Below are positions 55,637 to 64,000 of a stretch of DNA of 64,000 bases, piece by piece. How positions within the stretch are numbered: position 1 is the first letter of the stretch; the number at the start of each line of letters is the position of its first letter. Below the pieces are notes generated by a model. That model was not told the origin of the DNA. It saw only the letters and a program-made list of their open reading frames with translations, and searched no databases. Location of the stretch: contig OZ242320.1 of NCBI GenBank assembly GCA_965208125.1, forward strand, positions 3,872,001 to 3,936,000, given 5' to 3'. This stretch comes from Candidatus Latescibacterota bacterium (GTDB lineage Bacteria; Latescibacterota; UBA2968). The translations under genes and the position numbers were made by a program.

Positions 55637-56395
55637 CTATTGAAGGGTGCGGGCGAATAGGTCGAGGACCGCGTCCCAGGATTTTTCGGCTGCTTTCTCG
55701 TGGTAGTGCGTTAAACGCTGGGGAAAGAAATAGCCGTGTAGCGCGCCGGGCATAAAGTCAATGCGATGTGGGACGTCACAGCGGGTGAGTTCGGTTTTGT
55801 AGAGTTGTAGGTGTTCTTTGGTTGCGCCGGCATCCTGGTCTGCCCAGCCAAAGTAGCCTTCGGCTCTGAGTTTGGGTATGGCGAGATGGGGCGAGTCCGA
55901 TGCATCGGTGACGAGTTTGCCGCCGTGAATGGAGGCAAAGGCGAGAACCTGGTCGGGATACGCCGCTGCTGCAAAGAGGGCGTGGCGGCCGCCCATGCAG
56001 GTGCCGATAGTGCCGACCCGTTGGGCATCGGCTTGAGGTTCTTCGTTGTCGAGGTGGCGAAGCAATGCGCCCGTGTCCTCAATGACCATGGCATTGGTCG
56101 TGCTGGTGTTGAGGTTCATCGGGTGCAGGGGATCCGTTTTTTCGAGATCGAGATCGCCGCTCATGAATTTTTCGGGGTTGTAAGACGGATTGCCCATGCG
56201 GTAAAATAGTGAAGGGAGGACGGTGTAATATCCCGCGCGAGCAAAACGACGGCACATGTTTTTCAATTCATCGCGAATGCCAAATATGTCAAAGTAGAAG
56301 ATGACAGCGGGATGCGGTCCTTCGCCTTCTGGATGAAAGACACAGGTTGGCATTGTACCGTCTGAAGTTGCAACTTCAATGGTTTTTTCGATCAT
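55637..56395 (-). CDS. Dienelactone hydrolase family protein
   Basis: DIFGIR, GTCMGG nucleophile, HGG, D..PGALHGY; ATG 56395 after AAGGA. Confidence 0.9.
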   Translation of the reverse strand: MIEKTIEVATSDGTMPTCVFHPEGEGPHPAVIFYFDIFGIRDELKNMCRRFARAGYYTVLPSLFYRMGNPSYNPEKFMSGDLDLEKTDPLHPMNLNTSTTNAMVIEDTGALLRHLDNEEPQADAQRVGTIGTCMGGRHALFAAAAYPDQVLAFASIHGGKLVTDASDSPHLAIPKLRAEGYFGWADQDAGATKEHLQLYKTELTRCDVPHRIDFMPGALHGYFFPQRLTHYHEKAAEKSWDAVLDLFARTLQ

Positions 56396-56408
56396 CGCGT
56401 TTATCCTT

Positions 56409-56438
56409 AAAGCCACGAGAATACGCACTCGCGGCTTT
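56409..56438 (-). terminator. Hairpin, possible weak terminator
   Basis: Minus strand AAAGCCGCGAG-8nt-CTCGTGGCTTT (one G-U pair) downstream of 56459..56875; short U tail. Confidence 0.5.
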
Positions 56439-56458
56439 TGTTTTATATAGCTATTGGA

Positions 56459-56875
56459 TCAACTCGAGATGATGCCACCACCTGGTGGATTGCCTCCACC
56501 TGGAATACCACCCTGTCCGGATAAGCCGCCGGGCATTGTGCCGGGGACGACGATGCGGGAAGATTCCTGGCGGCGGTATTCTTTGGCCTCTTCAACCATT
56601 TGATCAACGGCATCTTTGACCGCCTGGGGAAATTTTTCTATTGCTTCTTGAAGCGAAGCAGCTTCAATGGGTGCTGAGATTGGCAAAGGTCCCATTTGAG
56701 ATATGATTTGTGTGGTGCCGATGTATTGGGTGGGACGACTGATGTCGTCTGTGCCATCGGCGTTGATGGGAATCAGGCGTCGAATTGTGGCGACGCGCAA
56801 ATCGGTGATGGATTCTTCCCGATAGAGGTTTTGTTGATCAACCTGAATCTGATCGAGTGGCAACTGGTCGGCCAT
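56459..56875 (-). CDS. Hypothetical cytoplasmic protein
   Basis: Protein-like ORF with GGAG RBS (LYREE..TDL....IR.LIP...DG; Gly/Pro-rich tail); fits between neighbours. Confidence 0.75.
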   Translation of the reverse strand: MADQLPLDQIQVDQQNLYREESITDLRVATIRRLIPINADGTDDISRPTQYIGTTQIISQMGPLPISAPIEAASLQEAIEKFPQAVKDAVDQMVEEAKEYRRQESSRIVVPGTMPGGLSGQGGIPGGGNPPGGGIISS

Positions 56876-56969
56876 GAGAGTCTCCGCAAAAAAAGGTTAC
56901 GGGTGCGTCCCGTGAGGGACAAAATGAATGTTGGCGTAAATATAGGGCAAGTTGTGCAAATACGCACTT

Positions 56970-58340
56970 TTATTTTACTCTGTTAAGCCCATTGAGCGCG
57001 GCAACGCGATAGGCTTCGGCCATTGTGGGATAGTTAAAGGTGGTGTTGATGAAGTACATGAGCGTATTGGCTTCACCCTCTTGTGCCATAATGGCTTGTC
57101 CGATGTGGATGATTTCAGATGCCTGAGAGCCAAAACAGTGGATGCCCAAAATTTCAAGGGTTTCGCGATTGAAGATAATTTTGAGCATGCCGGTGAGCCT
57201 TCCCGTTAACTGTGCCCGCGCGATATGGCGGAAGTAGGCGTGGCCCACTTCGTAGGGGATTTTTTGGGCTGTCAATTCTTTTTCGGTAAATCCGATAGAA
57301 CTGATTTCGGGAATGGTGTAAATACCTGTGGGGATGTCTTCCACGAGGTGTTGTTCACATTCGCCAAAGATGAGATGGGTGGCGGCAAACCGCCCCTGAT
57401 CGTAAGCCGCACTCGCCAGACTGGGAAAACCGACGACATCGCCAACGGCGTAAATATGGGGTTGGGCGAGTGTTTGGTACGCGTCGTTGATGAGAATGGA
57501 GCCGCGTTCATCGGTCTCGATTCCGATATTTTCCAATCCCATGTTGTCCGAGTTTCCAGTGCGGCCTTGCGCCCAGAGGAGAATATCGCTGACAATTTGT
57601 TTGTTGGATTTCAGGAATACGCGCACTTCTCTGTCATTGGCTTCAACGCGGTCGTATTCTTCGTTGTGGCGAATACGCACCCCGTTTTGGCTGAGATGAT
57701 AACTGAGGGCGTCGATGATTTCGTCATCGAGATAGGAGAGCAATTGGCTGCGGCTGTTGATGAGATTGACTTTTATTTGCAGGCCGCGGAATATGGATGC
57801 GTATTCGCAGCCGATTACCCCCGCGCCGTAAATGGTGATAATGCGCGGCGTTTCATTGAGGTCCAGGATGGAGTCGCTATCGCGAATCCGCGGATGGGAA
57901 GAGTCGATGTCGGGTGGGTAATAGGGACGAGACCCGGTGGCGATAATAAATCCCCGAGCGGTATAGCACTCAGTTCCCCCGTTGAGCAATGCTACTTCGA
58001 CGGTGTGTTCATCGACAAAAGATGCATGCCCCAGAATAATATCGACATCATTGCGTTCGTAATAGCCCGTGCGAAGGTCAACTTGCTGCCCTATGAGAGT
58101 AGCAGTTCGGTCGAGCAAGTCGGGAAAGCTCGTTGTTTGATGTGCATTAATATCGATGATTTGCTGAACATACTGGCGCAATGCTTTGCTCGGTATTGTG
58201 GCTCTGTGCGTGCTGTTGCCGCCCACATTTTTGTAATTGTCGATGACGGCAACGCGCTTGCCTTCCTTGACGGATTTCATTGCGGCGCCTTCTCCGCCGG
58301 GGCCAGTGCCTATCACGATGATGTCGTAGTCGCAGGTCAT
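56970..58340 (-). CDS. sthA: Soluble pyridine nucleotide transhydrogenase
   Basis: [82 protein letters not shown]. Confidence 0.93.
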   Translation of the reverse strand: MTCDYDIIVIGTGPGGEGAAMKSVKEGKRVAVIDNYKNVGGNSTHRATIPSKALRQYVQQIIDINAHQTTSFPDLLDRTATLIGQQVDLRTGYYERNDVDIILGHASFVDEHTVEVALLNGGTECYTARGFIIATGSRPYYPPDIDSSHPRIRDSDSILDLNETPRIITIYGAGVIGCEYASIFRGLQIKVNLINSRSQLLSYLDDEIIDALSYHLSQNGVRIRHNEEYDRVEANDREVRVFLKSNKQIVSDILLWAQGRTGNSDNMGLENIGIETDERGSILINDAYQTLAQPHIYAVGDVVGFPSLASAAYDQGRFAATHLIFGECEQHLVEDIPTGIYTIPEISSIGFTEKELTAQKIPYEVGHAYFRHIARAQLTGRLTGMLKIIFNRETLEILGIHCFGSQASEIIHIGQAIMAQEGEANTLMYFINTTFNYPTMAEAYRVAALNGLNRVK

Positions 58341-59092
58341 TTTGGATCCAGATATCCCAATTGCACGAGAAAGTCGTCCATCTGCGCGACGGTTTGTTCG
58401 TAGGCTGAGCCGTCGTTGCGGCCGTGGTTGAAAAAGCCGTGTCCTTTGCCTTCGTACGCGCAGAGTTCACAGGTATTGCCCGCTTTGTGCATGGCTTTTG
58501 TGAAGCGTTGGGCCTGTTCAAAAGGGACGGTTGTGTCGTCCGTGCCGTGAAAAATTATGGTTGGCGGCAGGTTGGAACAGACGTGTTGCAAAGGCGAGAT
58601 TTCCCGCGGGTCTCTGGGAAAACGTTCGGCGAGGCGTTTTAGGCCAGCGACATCGACGACGGGATTAAAGAGTACCATGGCATTGGGCCGGGAAGATATC
58701 GCCATATCTTCATCGGGCGCATCCTGGCCGGGAATAGTACCGGTACACGCACCGACATGACCGCCGGCCGACCCGCCACCTGAAGCAATGCGATGGGGGT
58801 CGATGTTGAGTTTATCGGCATGCGCCCGCAGCCAGCGAACGGCTGATTTGCCGTCTTTTACACATTCATAAGGCGAGGTGTTGTGTTTGCTTTTGATGCG
58901 GTATTCAGCCGATGCAGCGAGCATTCCGCGTTTTGCGAGATACTGGCAATGCGGAAAAAACTGTTGCGGATTACCACCTGTCCAGCCACCGCCAAAGAAG
59001 AAGACAATGGCGGCTGTCTGTTCGTCGGTATCGGGTTCAAAGATGTGAATCGCGAGTTCGCCCTGGGGCGTGGTTTTGTATATGCGTTGCAT
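58337..59092 (-). CDS. Alpha/beta hydrolase (esterase, BD-FAE-like)
   Basis: FFGGGW, GGSAGG, HGTDD.TVP, HGFFN. Confidence 0.88.
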   Translation of the reverse strand: MQRIYKTTPQGELAIHIFEPDTDEQTAAIVFFFGGGWTGGNPQQFFPHCQYLAKRGMLAASAEYRIKSKHNTSPYECVKDGKSAVRWLRAHADKLNIDPHRIASGGGSAGGHVGACTGTIPGQDAPDEDMAISSRPNAMVLFNPVVDVAGLKRLAERFPRDPREISPLQHVCSNLPPTIIFHGTDDTTVPFEQAQRFTKAMHKAGNTCELCAYEGKGHGFFNHGRNDGSAYEQTVAQMDDFLVQLGYLDPK

Positions 59093-59106
59093 GGCTGGTG
59101 TCCTTT

Positions 59107-60786
<1,680 letters not shown>

Positions 60787-60787
60787 G

Positions 60788-61495
60788 CTATTTCCCCGGG
60801 TTGTCTGATTCCAGACCGCCGAGTAATTTTTCGGCTTCCTCAAGTTGTTGCTTGTCGTTAATTGGCAGCCAAAAATCGGCTTTGATCACTTTAATTTTTC
60901 GCCCATCTGCAATCAGTTTCATCCATACATCGGGCGTTTCGTATTCGCCGCGTTCTGATGGTGCGATTTCCGCAGAAAAGAAATCTCTGTCCATGACCAT
61001 TGCGCCGTTCCAAACCAAATCTGAAATAAACGTCTGGGGCTTTTCGATGGCGTGCATAAGGTACTTATCATTATCTGTTACCAGAACCCCAAAATGTTGA
61101 GGATGTGCCACATGCGAGCCAATTAGAGCCAGGCCCTGCTGTTGGACGAGTTGCTGAAGGCTGCGCGGTCCAAAAATATCATCGCCAACCATTCCCAGCC
61201 ACCGCCCGGTGATTACAGGTGCAGCGACCCGAAAAGCATGGGCGATACCCAATGGTTCTTCCTGAACGAGAAATACAATGCGCCGCCCCCCATACATGCT
61301 AGCTGAAAAGTGCTGGCGAATCGCCTCCTCGTGCGGTCCTCCTACAATGAATACGAGTTCGCTTACCTCGCGCGGCAATTGATCCAGTGCGTGCTCTATA
61401 ACGGGTTTTCCCGCTACCGGCAATAAGTGCTTCGGTCCCTCATAATCCATCGCCATCCGCGTTCCCTTGCCGGCTAACAGCACAACTGCTTGCAT
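60788..61495 (-). CDS. Sugar-phosphate nucleotidyltransferase (RmlA/GlmU N-terminal-like)
   Basis: LAGKGTRM..PK.LLPVAGKP, QEEPLGIAHA, GDD, EKP, SERGEYE..D. Confidence 0.88.
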   Translation of the reverse strand: MQAVVLLAGKGTRMAMDYEGPKHLLPVAGKPVIEHALDQLPREVSELVFIVGGPHEEAIRQHFSASMYGGRRIVFLVQEEPLGIAHAFRVAAPVITGRWLGMVGDDIFGPRSLQQLVQQQGLALIGSHVAHPQHFGVLVTDNDKYLMHAIEKPQTFISDLVWNGAMVMDRDFFSAEIAPSERGEYETPDVWMKLIADGRKIKVIKADFWLPINDKQQLEEAEKLLGGLESDNPGK

Positions 61496-61520
61496 AAAGT
61501 TCTCCCGACTGCTGATGCTC

Positions 61521-62501
61521 TCAATGACTGTCCCGATAGTGTTGCTTGAGAATATCGCTGCCAAAGTCATTGGTCAGGTCGCGCCAGACTGCATGGATGT
61601 GATTGGCTGCGTCCTGGGTGCAGTCGTATTCGGCGAGGAAGGTGGAGCCGAGCACGCGATAGTAGTGGCCTTCGCCGCGATTTATGCCGCCAGCCCAGGC
61701 GAATGCGGCTGTGTCGAGTGAGGTGAGGTTTGCGCGCTGGGCTTCTGCTATTCTGCCGGGTAAGCGGGTGATATATACATCGATGAGCGCGGTGACGACT
61801 TCGCGTTGCGATGCAGTCATGTCCTTGAGTTGCAGACCCTCAATTTGGACTTCTTCATTTACCTGGGGGACATTGCGGGTGAGGATGTCGGCGGGGGCTT
61901 CGTCACTGATGATTGCCACTCTTTTTTGGTCGCCATCCAGAGAGGCGAGTAAGTCGCGGGCAAGGTCTTCCTCTTCTTTTAAGGCGCGCAATCCTTCGTG
62001 TTCGCCATGCCGAACCTGTGCGGGATTTGAGCCGAAGAAGACTGGCGTAGGCGCGACGAGCGTGCCGTTGACAATGGTGTAATTGATCGAGACGTGATGG
62101 CCCTCAAAACGCCAACTCCATGTGGTGTCACTGCCGGGCGTGCCAAAGATGACGAGGTTGTAAAGGTCCGGATCGCGAGGGAACCGCCGTCTGGGACCTT
62201 CTACTTCGGCGAGAATGGGTTCCAGGTTGATGATTGTTCTGGCTTTGGTGCGTGCCTGTTCGCTCAGTCCGGTATCGAGCAGGACAAATGCTTTGTCGCG
62301 CTGATGCGCTTCCATGTCTTTGAGCGCGAGGCCCAATCGGTCGCGGGGGATGTAGTGCCAGTCCTGTCGTGCGTTTTCATCGCCAAAGCCCAGTTGCGCA
62401 GTCGCCGCCTGATCGGGACGCAGAGATGCCAAAAATGATGTGGCAGCATCGGCCATGCGATTGGCCGTATCAATTTGGGTATAAAGTTCTTCGAGGTTCA
62501 T
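61521..62501 (-). CDS. DUF3500 family protein
   Basis: WHYIPR.R.GL, IFGTP..WSWRFEGHHVS, FFGSNP, FAWAG, HYYR, NHIHAVWRD..NDFG; ATG 62501 after AAGGAG. Confidence 0.88.
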   Translation of the reverse strand: MNLEELYTQIDTANRMADAATSFLASLRPDQAATAQLGFGDENARQDWHYIPRDRLGLALKDMEAHQRDKAFVLLDTGLSEQARTKARTIINLEPILAEVEGPRRRFPRDPDLYNLVIFGTPGSDTTWSWRFEGHHVSINYTIVNGTLVAPTPVFFGSNPAQVRHGEHEGLRALKEEEDLARDLLASLDGDQKRVAIISDEAPADILTRNVPQVNEEVQIEGLQLKDMTASQREVVTALIDVYITRLPGRIAEAQRANLTSLDTAAFAWAGGINRGEGHYYRVLGSTFLAEYDCTQDAANHIHAVWRDLTNDFGSDILKQHYRDSH

Positions 62502-62541
62502 GTTCTCAACTCCTTGTAAATGTGAATGATTCAATTGATTA

Positions 62542-63381
62542 TCACGGAGAATCTGATCGCTGTTTTCTACCCCCCAATGTGGCGCCGCCATCAATGGTCA
62601 GTGCCTGGCCGGTGATATTTTTCCCTTTGTCACTCGCCAAGAAGACGACCATGTGGCCCACATCTTCGGGGGTTTGTTCGGTTCCCAGGGGGACGCTGTT
62701 GCGGATTACATCTTCGAAAATTTCTCTTGCGGTAAATCCCTTGTATGCCGGGTTGTTGTTTTTGATTTGAGATGCGATCATTTCCCAGGCGCGCGTCCAG
62801 AGGTAGCCAGGGCATATTGCGTTGACTCTGATTCCACGCCCTGCGAGTTGGCTGGCTAAAGTTCTGGTCAAATGAATGACTCCGGCTTTGGCCGCGCCAT
62901 AAGCTGGCATGGAAACGCTGGGCATTAACGCGGCGATAGATGCGATGTTGATGATGCTGGATCCGTGGCTGAGATGTGGAATGGCTGCTCTGGATGAGAC
63001 AAAGGCGGTTCGGAGATTGGTGTGTAGATGCGCATCCCAGTTGTCAACGGATAATTCCGTCAGTGGAATTTCCAGCGATGCTCTGGCCGCGTTTGTATCC
63101 GGTCCTCCAATGCCCGCGTTGTTGACGAGGATATCGAGTGAGCCGAGTTCTGCAACAACCAGATCTGTTGCCGAGTGCATGGCGGTTTCATCAGATGCAT
63201 CAGCTGATAGCCCTATTGCGGGCATTTTGAGCGTTTTTGCAGTTTTTTTTGCGCCATCCCCATCTAGGTCGGCAATGGCGATTTTCGCACCCGCATCCGA
63301 TAGGTGTTGCGCAATGGCCGCTCCAATGCCTTGCGCACCACCGGTTATGAGTGCAACTCGATTTTGTAATTCCAGGCTCAC
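62542..63381 (-). CDS. Classical SDR oxidoreductase
   Basis: TGGAQGIG, NNAG, SIAA, YGAAK, NAICPG; GTGA overlap with the upstream stop. Confidence 0.92.
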   Translation of the reverse strand: MSLELQNRVALITGGAQGIGAAIAQHLSDAGAKIAIADLDGDGAKKTAKTLKMPAIGLSADASDETAMHSATDLVVAELGSLDILVNNAGIGGPDTNAARASLEIPLTELSVDNWDAHLHTNLRTAFVSSRAAIPHLSHGSSIINIASIAALMPSVSMPAYGAAKAGVIHLTRTLASQLAGRGIRVNAICPGYLWTRAWEMIASQIKNNNPAYKGFTAREIFEDVIRNSVPLGTEQTPEDVGHMVVFLASDKGKNITGQALTIDGGATLGGRKQRSDSP

Positions 63382-63998
63382 GGTTGTTCCTTTTCCAATT
63401 TCAATCCGAGTGTTTTTCCCTTTTGCACGGCTGGAATGCCCGCGCTCATCCACACAGGGGCGGGGGCGTCTTTGAGGTAGTGATCAAAGAATTGTTGCAG
63501 GCGGATGCTCCAATCTTTGCGGTTGTGGTGTTTGCGAATGCCGTGGGCTTCTCCGTTGTAATTGACGAGCCATGCGGGTTTGCCCAGGCGGCGCAGGGCA
63601 ACAAAGAGTTCGATGCCCTGGTACCAGGGTACTGCGCCGTCGTCGTCGTTGTGCAAGATAAGCAAAGGCGTTTGGATTTTGTCTGCCCAGAAGATGGGTG
63701 AGTTTTCGATAAACCGCGTGGGGGCTTCCCAGAGCGAGCCGCCAATGCGACTCTGGCTTTTTTCGTATTGCATCATGCGGCTCAGTCCCGAAGCCCAGCG
63801 AATGCCGCCGTACGCACTGATCATATTTGAGACGGGTGCGCCGGCTTCGGCTGCCCGAAATATATTGGTCCGGGTGATCATATAGGCGATTTGATAGCCA
63901 CCCCAACTGTGGCCCTGTACGCCGATTCGGTCGGGATTGACGAATCCCCGATTTATGAGGTGCGTCACGCCAGAGACAACGGCGTTGACGGCACTTTC
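63378..63998 (-). CDS. S9 family prolyl oligopeptidase/acylaminoacyl peptidase, C-terminal part (truncated by window edge)
   Basis: GHSWGGYQ, HNDDDGAVPWYQGIE and EAHG give the Ser-Asp-His triad; frame is open to the window end. Confidence 0.92.
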   Translation of the reverse strand, partial: ESAVNAVVSGVTHLINRGFVNPDRIGVQGHSWGGYQIAYMITRTNIFRAAEAGAPVSNMISAYGGIRWASGLSRMMQYEKSQSRIGGSLWEAPTRFIENSPIFWADKIQTPLLILHNDDDGAVPWYQGIELFVALRRLGKPAWLVNYNGEAHGIRKHHNRKDWSIRLQQFFDHYLKDAPAPVWMSAGIPAVQKGKTLGLKLEKEQP

Positions 63999-64000
63999 TC

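Noticed and set aside
57225-58403. 392-aa plus-strand ORF
   Set aside because: Antisense shadow of sthA.

Overview
Gene-dense bacterial window. The gene content suggests an FCB-superphylum lineage such as Ca. Latescibacterota, possibly marine or host-associated; this is inference only. I found no rRNA, tRNA, CRISPR array, integrase or transposase. The first ~39 kb is a compositionally patchy catabolic region. It opens with a TonB-dependent receptor end, a secreted FN3/T9SS-CTD-like protein and a PorV/PorQ-like barrel, with no SusD. Two paralogous DUF6785-like membrane proteins and many C-N or sulfate hydrolases follow: three hydantoinase/oxoprolinase A+B pairs (one B subunit fused to a class I aminotransferase), four ceramidase-fold proteins (three with QxH instead of HxH), MlrC, CocE, a sulfatase, DUF3604 and a GH106-like protein. 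The 39-64 kb part holds a sulfatase/SnoaL/DegT/amidohydrolase operon, an orphan short IorA with a DASS transporter, and a NagA-like/dehydrogenase/dehydratase cluster. It also has an atypical ExbB/ExbD-like motor trio, an AT-rich ABC-ATPase + TOPRIM-like pair (candidate defence system), sthA, ettA and hydrolases. The best candidates for undescribed systems are the SusD-less TBDR-CTD-PorV(-DUF6785) uptake module, the non-canonical ion-motor trio and the lactamase-aminotransferase fusion. All family calls come from motif recognition by eye; no searches were run.
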